NCBI GenBank assembly: GCA_950097015.1
Contig: CATNEN010000029.1
Coordinates: 6,262,001-6,326,000 of the forward strand
Length of the DNA: 64,000 nt
Reading direction: 5' to 3'
Source: Macrostomum hystrix
Taxonomy: Eukaryota; Animalia; Platyhelminthes
Shown here: one piece after another, positions 10,601 to 22,600 of the stretch
How the letters are laid out: each line of letters starts with the position of its first letter
Numbering within the stretch: position 1 is the stretch's first letter
Position numbers and translations under genes: made by a program
Notes under the pieces: generated by a model
Seen by the model: the letters and a program-made list of their open reading frames with translations, nothing else
The model's database searches: none
What the model was told of the DNA's origin: nothing

Positions 10601-13600
10601 GGGATCTCAGACTGTGAGAATCAGGGATCTCAGACTGTGAGAATCAGGGATCTCAGACTGTGAGAATCAGGGATCTCAGACTGTGAGAATCAGGGATCTC
10701 AGGACTGTGAGAATCAGGGATCTCAGACTGTGAGAATCAGGGATCTCAGACTGTGAGAATCAGGGATCTAAGACTGTGAGAATCAGGGATCTCAGACATG
10801 TGAGAATCAGGGATCTCAGACAGTGAGAATCAGGGATCTCAGACTGTGAGAATCAGGGATCTCAGACTGTGAGAATCAGGGATCTCATACTGTGAGAATC
10901 AGGGATCTCATACTGTGAGAATCAGGGATCTCAGACTGTGAGAATCAGGGATCTCAGACTGTGAGAATCAGGGATCTCATACTGTGAGAATCAGGGATCT
11001 CATACTGTGAGAATCAGGGATCTCAGACTGTGAGAATCAGGGATCTCAGACTGTGAGAATCAGGGATCTCAGACTGTGAGAATCAGGGATCTCAGACTGT
11101 GAGAATCAGGGATCTCATACTGTGAGAATCAGGGATCTCAGACTGTGAGAATCAGGGATCTCAGACTGTGAGAATCAGGGATCTCATACTGTGAGAATCA
11201 GGGATCTCAGACTGTGAGAATCAGGGATCTCAGACTGTGAGAATCAGGGATCTCAGACTGTGAGAATCAGGGATCTCAGACTGTGAGAATCAGGGATCTC
11301 AGACTGTGAGAATCAGGGATCTCAGACTGTGAGAATCAGGGATCTCAGACTGTGAGAATCAGGGATCTCAGACTGTGAGAATCAGGGATCTCATACTGTG
11401 AGAATCAGGGATCTCAGACTGTGAGAATCAGGGATCTCAGACTGTGAGAATCAGGGATCTCAGACTGTGAGAATCAGGGATCTCAGACTGTGAGAATCAG
11501 GGATCTCGGACTGTGAGAATCAGGGATCTCAGACTGTGAGAATCAGGGATCTCAGACTGTGAGAATCAGGGATCTAAGACTGTGAGAATCAGGGATCTCA
11601 GGGATCTCAGACGTGAGAATCAGGGATCTCATACTGTGAGAATCAGGGATCTCAGACTGTGAGAATCAGGGATCTCAGACTGTGAGAATCAGGGATCTCA
11701 GACTGTGAGAATCAGGGATCTCAGACTGTGAGAATCAGGGATCTCAGACTGTGAGAATCAGGGATCTCAGACTGTGAGAATCAGGGATCTCAGACTGTGA
11801 GAATCAGGGATCTCAGACTGTGAGAATCAGGGATCTCAGACTGTGAGAATCAGGGGATCTCAGACTGTGGAGAATCAGGGATCTCAGAACAGAGTGAGAA
11901 TCAGGGATCTCAGACTGTGAGAATCAGGGATCTCAGACTGTGAGAATCAGGGATCTCATACTGTGGAATCAGGGATTCTCAGACTGTAGGAATCAGGGAT
12001 CTCAGAACTGTGAGAATCAGGGATCTCAGACTGTGAGAATCAGGGATCTCAGACTGTGAGAATCAGGGATCTCAGACTGTGAGAATCAGGGGATCTCAGA
12101 CTGTGAGAATCAGGGATCTCAGACTGTGAGAATCAGGGATCTCAGACTGTGAGAATCAGGGATCTCATACTGTGAGAATCAGGGATCTCAGACTGTGAGA
12201 ATCAGGGATCTCAGACTGTGAGAATCAGGGATCTCATACTGTGAGAATCAGGGATCTCAGACTGTGAGAATCAGGATCTCAGACTGTGAGAATCGGGATC
12301 TCAGGGATCTCAGACTGTGAGAATCAGGGATCTCAGACTGTGAGAATCAGGGATCTCAGACTGTGAGAATCAGGGGATCTCAGACTGTGAGAATCAGGAT
12401 CTCAGACTGTGAGAATCAGGGATCTCAGACTGTGAGAATCAGGGATCTCAGACTGTGAGAATCAGGGATCTCATACTGTAGAATCAGGGATCTCAGACTG
12501 TGAGAATCAGGGATCTCAGACTGTGAGAATCAGGGATCTCAGACTGTGAGAATCAGGGATCTCAGACTGTGAGAATCAGGGATCTCGGACTGTGAGAATC
12601 AGGGATCTCAGATGTGAGAATCAGGGATCTCAGACTGTGAGAATCAGGGATCTAAGACTGTGAGAATCAGGGATCTCAGACATGTGAGAATCAGGGATCT
12701 CAGACAGTGAGAATCAGGGATCTCAGACTGTGAGAATCAGGGATCTCAGACTGTGAGAATCAGGGATCTCATACTGTGAGAATCAGGGGATCTCAGACTG
12801 TGAGAATCAGGGATCTCAGACTGTGAGAATCAGGGATCTCAGACTGTGAGAATCAGGGATCTCAGACTGTGAGAATCAGGGATCTCGGACTGTGAGAATC
12901 AGGGATCTCAGACTGTGAGAATCAGGGATCTCAGACTGTGAGAATCAGGGATCTCATACTGTGAGAATCAGGGATCTCAGACTGTGAGAATCAGGGATCT
13001 CAGACTGTGAGAATCAGGGATCTCAGACTGTGAGAATCAGGGATCTCAGACTGTGAGAATCAGGGATCTCAGACTGTGAGAATCAGGGATCTCAGACTGT
13101 GAGAATCAGGGATCTCAGACTGTGAGAATCAGGGATCTCATACTGTGAGAATCAGGAGGGGGTCGGTGGCAAAGCGGTTAATGCGTTTGACTCTTGCACC
13201 AAGCTCCCTAAGTTCGATTCCGTGGCGAGGCCACATTTGAGGCGCAGCCGCGGAGAGAAGGCTTGGGGCTTGTTGTGCAATATACGCCCTTGAGGGCCAA
13301 CCTCCAAGGCACAGTGAGCGTACACTGTCTGGCATGGGTGTGCCATTGCCCGCAGCCCTCCAAAAATTTTTAATTAGTGGTAATCACTGTTCTCAAACAG
13401 TTAGATTCGAACTCCCGACCTCTCAATCAGAAATCAGAATGGCAATGGCGAATCACCTGGGCTGCTGGCACAGCAGCAAGTCCGGCTGGCGGAGCAGCCT
13501 GTCCAGAGCCTTGACTAGCTGGCCGAATTTGGGTCTGTCCACCCGGTCCCACTTCCAGCAGTCCAGCATCATTCGGTGCACGGACTCCGGGCAGTCCATG

Positions 13601-16600
13601 GGCGGCGGCAGGCGGTAGCCGTTTTCCACGGCCGCGATCACATCCTGGTTGGACCAGTTCCAGTAGGGCCGCTCGCCGAAGGACATCACCTCCCACATGA
13701 CGATGCCGAAGCTCCAGACGTCAGTGGCCGAGGTGAATTTGCGAAAGTGGATTGCCTCTGGCGCGGTCCACCGGATCGGAATCTTGCCGCCCCGGGTGGT
13801 GTAGGTACCGTCTTTAACGGCAGCGTCCGCGGCGGCTGCCACTGACGAAGGATCTACGGGAATCTCGCGGGACAGTCCGAAGTCGGCGACCTTGCAGACC
13901 AGCTGCTCGCTGACCAGAATGTTGCGGGCCGCCAGGTCCCGGTGGATGTAGCCCGTGTCGCTCAGGTACCGCATGCCGCTGGCGATGCCGCGCAGCATCC
14001 CCACCAGCTGCTGGCAGCTCAGCTCTCCGTCATGGCTCTGCGAGAGATGCGGCCGGAGGAATTCGGGATTTGAAGAATTTTCGAGATAAACAGAGATTAG
14101 CTTTGGGATTCAGCAACAGAATCCCAAGATTTAGCTTTGGGATTTCCGCTCCCAGTTCTTATAGAATCCGAAGATTTAACTTTGGGATTTCGGCTCCCAA
14201 TTCTTATAGAATCCCAAGATTTAACTTTGGGATTTCGGCTCCCAATTCTTATAGAATCCCAAGATTTAGCTTTTGGATTTCTGCTCCCAGTTCTTACAGA
14301 ATCCCAAGATTTAGCTTTGGGATTTCGGCTCCCGATTCCTATAGAATCCCAAGATTTAACTTTGGGATTTCGGCTCCCGATTCCTATAGAACCCCAAGAT
14401 TTAGCTTTGGGATTTCCGCTCCCCATGAGGATTTTTTGCCTTTTTGTCCCGTACCCCGCACCAGTCACCAGAAACCCACAACGTTTTATTCTCTTTTGTA
14501 AAAAAAATTTTCCGGCTTTGTACGAATTAGGAAATGAAATTTGCTGTATCTTTCCCACCCAGATTGAAGCATCGAGAAAATTGCCTTGGACTAATTCTCT
14601 CATCCTCTTTCTCCTCCTTAACTCTTTCATTTTTCTCCCAAATCCTAGTTAGGTTTAGGCGAGTAACTTCAATTCCGACATTGATTAATGGGGACGTGCG
14701 CCTGAGAGGGGGGAAATGTGTGGCAGGATATTTTGGAAAGATCGGCTTGGTTAGCGAGTTCTGTGACGCAACCAAACGCTCAGAAGGCGGATCCCGAGCC
14801 TCATCTCACTAAAAATGGCATTGGGAGTGGAGGCGGCGATAAGTGCAGTTAATTTCCCAAGCGATCGGGGGCCAACTCGTTCTCGACACAAATCGAGCAA
14901 AATGAATTGGATGTGTGTTTCTGGCGATGGGAGAATGAGGAAGAATGGGAAGTCAGATGTCGCAAGGGATTTGCCGAAACTACGGGCCGGCCGGGCCGTC
15001 CAGGGCCGCTGCAATCTACTTTGTTGGCTCTTTCTACTAAAACGAGTTTTCGCGCTCAAGTTACGTCAGTCGATTGTGTGGTGCTGGAGATTGAGGGAGA
15101 TAGCACCGACTCAATATTCATTGCCCAAGATGGACACTTTGAGGTCAAAGGTTCAACTCCACATGCCCTATGCTGAATTTTCAACAGTGGAAATCTAAAT
15201 CGAGATAATTTTAGCTTCTGAGAATCAGGGATCTCAGACAGTGAGAATCAGGGATCTCAGACTGTGAGAATCAGGGATCTCAGACAATGAGAATCAGGGA
15301 TCTCAGATTGTGAGAATCAGGGATCTCAGACAATGAGAATCAGGGATCTCAGACAATGAGAATCAGGGATGTCAGACTGTGAGAATCAGGGATATCAGAC
15401 AGCTCACCCGCAGAAAGGTGTCGAGGGAGCCGTTGGCCATGAACTCGGTGACAATCATGGCGGGGTGGCTCCTGGTCACCACGCCCTCCAGGTAGATGAC
15501 ATTGGGGTCGTCAAACTGGCCCATGATGGAGGCTTCGGTGAGGAAGTCCAGCTTGTTCTTGTCGGAGGCTCCCGGCTTGAGTGTCTTGACGGCCACTGGC
15601 TGGCTCAGTCGGCCCGGCACAGTCAGGAGGCCCTTGCAGACGTCGCCGAATTCCCCGCCGCCCAGGACGCACTCGATGGAGATCCAGCTGGCGTCGATCT
15701 CTTTGGCGAATTCCTGCACAGCCTGACATGGGTCCTCGTAGGTGTGCGGATCTACGTAGGACCTCAGCGACTGCTGCTGCTGGTGCGGCTGTTGCTGGGT
15801 GAGCTGATAGGCCAGGCCGACTGTAGGGATGACAGTCAGGGTAATCAAAGTTGGTTAGTTCATAGCTTATCTTACAAATATTCAGAAACAGATTCTAAAT
15901 TTTAAAGATTGGGAATTTTTGGAATTGGGAAGTTTTTTAGGATTGTCATTTTAGGGTTCGGGAAGTAGATGGATTGGGAAGTGTAGGGATTAGGGAAGTT
16001 GAGGGATTTGGAAGCTTCCCAAGCTTTAAGATTGGGAAGTTTAGGGATTTGGAAGTTTAGGGATTAGGAAGTTTCGGGGCTTGGAAATTTTAGGGATTGG
16101 GAAGTTTAGGGATTGGGAAGTTTAGGGATTAAGAAGTGTAGGGATTGGAAGTTTAGGGATTGGGAAGTTTTGGGATTGGGAAGTTTAGGGATTTGGAAGT
16201 TAAGGGATTGGGAAGTTTAGGGATTTGAAGTTGAGGGATTGGGAAGTTTAGGGATTTAGATTTAGGGATTGGGTAGTTGAGGGATTAAGAAGTGCAGGGA
16301 TTGGGAAGTGTAGGGATTGGGAAGTTTTGGGATTGGGAAGTTTAGGGATTTGGAAGTTTAGGGATTTGGAAGTTAAGGGATTGGGAAGTTTAGGGATTGG
16401 GAAGTTTAGGGATTTGGAAGTTTAGGGATTTGGAAGTTTAGGGATTGGGAAGTTTAGGGATTGGGAAGTTTAGGGATTGGAAGTTTAGGGATTGGAAGTT
16501 AAGGGATTGGGAAGTTTAGGGATTGGGAAGTTTTGGGATTGGGAAGTTGAGGGATTAAGAAGTGTAGGGATTGGAAGTTTAGGGATTGGGAAGTTTTGGG

Positions 16601-19600
16601 ATTGGGAAGTTTAGGGATTTGGAAGTTAAGGGATTGGGAAGTTTAGGGATTTGAAGTTGAGGGATTGGGAAGTTTAGGGATTTGGAAGTTTAGGGATTGG
16701 GAAGTTTAGGGATTAAGAAGTGTAGGGATTGGAAGTTTAGGGATTGGGAAGTTTTGGGATTGGGAAGTTTAGGGATTTGGAAGTTAAGGGATTGGGAAGT
16801 TTAGGGATTTGAAGTTGAGGGATTGGGAAGTTTAGGGATTTGGAAGTTTAGGGATTGGGAAGTTTAGGGATTAAGAAGTGTAGGGATTGGAAGTTTAGGG
16901 ATTGGGAAGTTTTGGGATTGGGAAGTTTAGGGATTTGGAAGTTAAGGGATTGGGAAGTTTAGGGATTTGAAGTTGAGGGATTGGGAAGTTTAGGGATTTG
17001 GAAGTTTAGGGATTGGGAAGTTGAGGGATTAAGAAGTGCAGGGATTGGGAAGTGTAGGGATTGGGAAGTTTTGGGATTGGGAAGTTTAGGGATTTGGAAG
17101 TTTAGGGATTTGGAAGTTAAGGGATTGGGAAGTTTAGGGATTGGGAAGTTTAGGGATTGGGAAGTTGAGGGATTAAGAAGTGTAGGGATTGGGAAGTTTA
17201 GGGATTGGGAAGTTTAGGGATTGGGAAGTTTTGGGATTGGGAAGTTTAGGGATTTGGAAGTTTAGGGATTAGGAAAGTTTGGGAATTAACAAACTTAAAG
17301 TTTGTTCCTTGCCAATTTTAAAAAAAGTAACAACACGAACGACAGAAATAAAAGATGAGAGCATGCGAGTGAAGTAGTTAGCTGACACGAATCTCACGCA
17401 ATTACCAGGTGGGTAGAAACAGAAAAGCTACTACAGCAAAGTAGCTAAATGTCAAAACAGACAAAAATTTTTATTAAAAGGAAAATTCTTTTCTTTCACG
17501 ACAAAACGAAACTGAAAATCCAGCACAACAACCTACATAGATCGATGTAGAACAGAAAGTAACTAAAAACTGCTCAAATGATAAACTTTATCATTTCTTC
17601 TAATGCATACTCACATGGTGCCCTGGCACTGTAGGGCATTGTGTTGCAAAAGTCTGAATGTGCGGTTTGATTGGGTAATGCGAATTACAGATAAATCCGC
17701 CCCCATCCAGCTCAATCTACAGTAGAATCCGCCCTCCCATCCAGCTCAATCTACAGTAGAATCCGCCACCATCTAGCTCAATCTACAGTAGAATCCGCCC
17801 CCATCCAGCTCAATCTACAGTAGAATCCGCCCCCATCTAGCTCAATCTACAGTAGAATCCGCCCCCATCTAGCTCAATCTACAGCAGAATCCGCCCCCAT
17901 CTAGCTCAATCTACAGCGGAATATTATCACTCACTGGCTAAAAAATGTATAGGAAAATGGAAAAAGCGTGTATTTTTTTTCAAAGTGTAGCAAAGAAATT
18001 TCAGCGCCGTTGGCGGATTTCCTGTGATGAGAGAAGACCATAAACTCAAATTTTTTTGCTCAGACAGGAACACAAACTCACTGTTGCTGTAGGGCAGCAT
18101 GCCGCTGCAGTCGGCTGCCTGCTTCTCTGCCATCATCTTGGTCCTGCGAGGATTGCGGAGGTTGAGTTCTAGTTCTGAGCACAGATTCGGGTGAGTAAAG
18201 TCGGTAATGATGAGAGGTTTTTGGCCGCTGGACCGTGAGTCCTATGCTGGAGAGGTGGGAATTATCTTATTTTTTTCTTCCCATATTTCTGATCCGCTGC
18301 AAGGTATAATCCTTATTCTGCGACAGATGAAGCTCGAGGTTGGAGACATGTATGGAAAAATCGCGTCATCGATCTATGACTCAATTTCGCACCTCCCAGG
18401 CGCCTAGAGACAACCAAGAGAGCAAGGGAGCAAGGGGGCCTTATCTATAGTTAAGTTAATTAATAAGAAGGGCAGAGAATATTTGCAGCCTTGCAATCCT
18501 ACCTTAATGTGTACCTTGATGTATTTCTGTATATGTATAATCAAGAAATAAGTAGGATTAAAGTTAATCTCTAATCTAACCCAGGTATCGGTAGGTTAGG
18601 ATTCTAATCTACTCCAGGTATTCGTAGGTTAGGATTCTTATCTACTCCAGGTATTGGTAGGTTAGGCTTCTAATCTACTCCAGGTATTGGTAGGTTAGAT
18701 GTCTTATCTACTCCAGGTATTGGTAGGTTAGATCTCTTATCTACTCCAGGTATTGGTAGGTTAGATCTCTAATTTACTCCAGGTATTGGTAGGTTAGATG
18801 TCTTATCTACTCCAGGTATTGGTAGGTTAGATCTCTTATCTACTCCAGGTATTGGTAGTTAGATCTCTAATTTACTCCAGGTATCGGTAGGTTAGGATTC
18901 TAATCTACTCCAGGTATTGGTAGGTTAGATGTCTTATCTACTCCAGGTATTGGTAGCTAGATCTCTAATCTATTCCAGGTATTGGTAGGTTAGATCTCTA
19001 ATCTACTCCAGGTATTGGTAGGTTAGATGTCTTATCTAACTCCAGGTATTGGTAGCTAGATCTCTAATCTATTCCAGGTATTGGTAGGTTAGATCTCTAA
19101 TCTACTCCAGGTATTGGTAGGTTAGATGTCTTATCTACTCCAGGTATTGGTAGTTAGATCTCTAATCTACTCCAGGTATTGGTAGGTTAGATCTGTTATC
19201 TACTCCAGGTATTGGTAGGTTAGATCTCTGATCTACTCCAGGTATTGGTAGGTTAGATCTCTGATCTACTCCAGGTATTGGTAGGTTAGATCTCTTATCT
19301 ACTCTAGGTATTGGTAGGTTAGATCTCTAATCTACCCCAGGTATTGGTAGGTTAGATCTCTAATCTACTCCAGGTATTGGTAGGTTAGATCTCTAATCTA
19401 CTCCAGGTATTGGTAGGTTAGATCTCTAATCTACTCCAGGTATTGGTAGGTTAGATCTCTAATCTACTCCAGGTATTGGTAGGTTAGATCTCTCATCTAC
19501 TCCAGGTATTGGTAGGTTAGATCTCTAATCTACTCCAGGTATTGGTAGGTTAGATCTCTAATCTACTCCAGGTATTGGTAGGTTAGATCTCTAATCTACT

Positions 19601-22600
19601 CCAGGTATTGGTAGGTTAGATCTCTAATCTACTCCAGGTATTGGTAGGTTAGATCTCTAATCTACTCCAGGTATTGGTAGGTTAGATCTCTAATCTACTC
19701 CAGGTATTGGTAGGTTAGATCTCTTATCTACTCCAGGTATTGGTAGGTTAGATCTCTAATCTACCCCAGGTATTGGTAGGTTAGATCTCTAATCTACTCC
19801 AGGTATTGGTAGGTTAGATCTCTAATCTACTCCAGGTATTGGTAGGTTAGATCTCTCATCTACTCCAGGTATTGGTAGGTTAGATCTCTAATCTACTCCA
19901 GGTATTGGTAGGTTAGATCTCTAATCTACTCCAGGTATTGGTAGGTTAGATCTCTAATCTACTCCAGGTATTGGTAGGTTAGATCTCTAATCTACTCCAG
20001 GTATTGGTAGGTTAGATCTCTAATCTACTCCAGGTATTGGTAGGTTAGATCTCTAATCTACTCCAGGTATTGGTAGGTTAGATCTCTTATCTACTCCAGG
20101 TATTGGTAGGTTAGATCTCTAATCTACCCCAGGTATTGGTAGGTTAGATCTCTAATCTACTCCAGGTATTGGTAGGTTAGATCTCTCATCTACTCCAGGT
20201 ATTGGTAGGTTAGATCTCTAATCTACTCCAGGTGTTGGTAGGTTAGATCTCTAATCTACTCCAGGTATTGGTAGGTTAGATCTCTAATCTACTCCAGGTA
20301 TTGGTAGGTTAGATCTCTAATCTACTCCAGGTATTGGTAGGTTAGATCTCTAATCTACTCCAGGTATTGGTAGGTTAGATCTCTAATCTACTCCAGGTAT
20401 TGGTAGGTTAGATCTCTTATCTACTCCAGGTATTGGTAGGTTAGATCTCTAATCTACCCCAGGTATTGGTAGGTTAGATCTCTAATCTACTCCAGGTATT
20501 GGTAGGTTAGATCTCTAATCTACTCCAGGTATTGGTAGGTTAGATCTCTAATCTACTCCAGGTATTGGTAGGTTAGATCTCTAATCTACTCCAGGTATTG
20601 GTAGGTTAGATCTCTCATCTACTCCAGGTATTGGTAGGTTAGATCTCTAATCTACTCCAGGTATTGGTAGGTTAGATCTCTAATCTACTCCAGGTATTGG
20701 TAGGTTAGATCTCTAATCTACTCCAGGTATTGGTAGGTTAGATCTCTCATCTACTCCAGGTATTGGTAGGTTAGATCTCTAATCTACTCCAGGTATTGGT
20801 AGGTTAGATCTCTAATCTACTCCAGGTATTGGTAGGTTAGATCTCTAATCTACTCCAGGTATTGGTAGGTTAGATCTCTAATCTACTCCAGGTATTGGTA
20901 GGTTAGATCTCTTATCTACTACCTACTAAACGCACAAATCACAATCGAGTCATTACTCACCGCCTCGAGCTGAAAAGAAAGCCTCGCCTGCTCACGAATA
21001 TGATCATGGCGAGCACAATGATGAGGCAGAGCAGTACAGCCACCACAGCGCCAATGATGATGCTGGCGGAGGCTGCGGCAGAGCTAGAAGTATCACCTTT
21101 TCCATCGTCAACTGGGGCGCCACTGCCCATGGTTTCTGCAAAAGTGTAAAATACTGTACGTGTTCAGATCTGCACGGCAACACTATAATTTGCGAGCTCA
21201 TAGCAGCCGCAGATGTCGAGTGTAAGCATCTACTAGGAGCAAGCTGCGTTGTTAATCCTAGCTTGGCTTCCTGGAAAAAATCAGACTTTACTTATTCGAA
21301 AGCTCGGGGACTATGGGGTCACGAGGTCAAGTCCGGGTTAGCCGGTTATGCAACGCAAGAATTCTGAGCTTGGAAACCACCTTGCCTCTTAGCGCTGTGT
21401 TGTTTAGTTAATTGTATGTTATTTATGCCAACTGGGGCTTTGATGCGTGCAGGAAATTGATAGGATATGTCAACAGGAAAAAATGTTAAAGCTGTAAATC
21501 GTGTTTCTGTATTTGCCTTTCTTTCTTGGCGAAAGAAATTAGGCTTCAATATCTATTTTCTGTGTGTGGCCTACTTAAAAAGGTGACTAAATTTTTGTGC
21601 TTCAAGAGTGGCAAACGTGACAGTTGGTTTTTTCTAGAATAATAATTTTACCTGCTACCCAATATATGTACATTGGCATGTACACTACCGATTTTCTATC
21701 CCTAAGCTAAGCTACACCTAAATGCTGCAGCCACCTCACTCCGCGATACCCACCCCAAACAGGGCGATCCAATCAGAACTTAGCAAGGGATTATAAAGAG
21801 AACATTTAGCACTTACGCTTGGTCGGGATAAGCGTGTTGATAGCGATGGCATCGCTGTATTCGCCCCAGCCAAGATTAGTGCGCGCTCGAATCTGCAAAG
21901 CAATGAATATTAATTATAATTTCTAAATTTTTGTTGAATTGAAACATGGTTGGTGTTAGGTTTCGTAAAGTTGATCAATTATAGGGAGACCAATTAGGAC
22001 TCAATTACTCGGGCAGTGCCAGTGAAGTGGTGCTTCAATACTCCACAAACAAGGCCCCATAGTAGCAACGCAGCGCTCCGTTCATTTGAGAAGTGGCTGC
22101 TCGTTCCAGCTCCTCTCTAGTTTTCTTTTCTCGCCATTCGAGTAGTGTGCATCTGTCACAAGTGGGCTTATAAGACAATTGCAGCGCACAATTGTGAGAA
22201 TGAGTGAACGAGAGAGAGAGTGAGTGGATGGTGGAGAAAATTGAGAAACAAGAGTGGAAGAAAGTGTGGCAGATGCGAGAAATTATTGAAGTGCTTTTTA
22301 GAAGAGCGACGCCTTCAAAGAGACCGAAAAGCCGCTTCTAAGTTTCTCTCTCTCTCCTTTTTTCCAAATAATTGTGAATAAAAAATGAAAATCGAAAACA
22401 TTCACAAACTGTTGATCAACGATTGCTGCGGCTTGCCCACAGGCATCTAGCTGTGCTAAGAGAGGGTTGGGCAGGTCAAAAACAGTTCCGCTTTTGGGAA
22501 ATCCGCTTTTTCTGCTTTTCGACACTAAAGGATCTGACAGGGAAGCTGCAGTCACTGAAGGATCTGACAGGGAAGCTGCAGTCACTGAAGGATCTGACAG

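Noticed and set aside
14527-15198. Overlapping 80-130-aa ORFs in intron 11
   Set aside because: There are no recognisable motifs on either strand. It may be a decayed TE, but this cannot be supported without a search.
21004-21201. 65-aa ORF over the TM exon
   Set aside because: It is in the wrong frame. The TM helix is in another frame, entered through the acceptor at 21136-21137.
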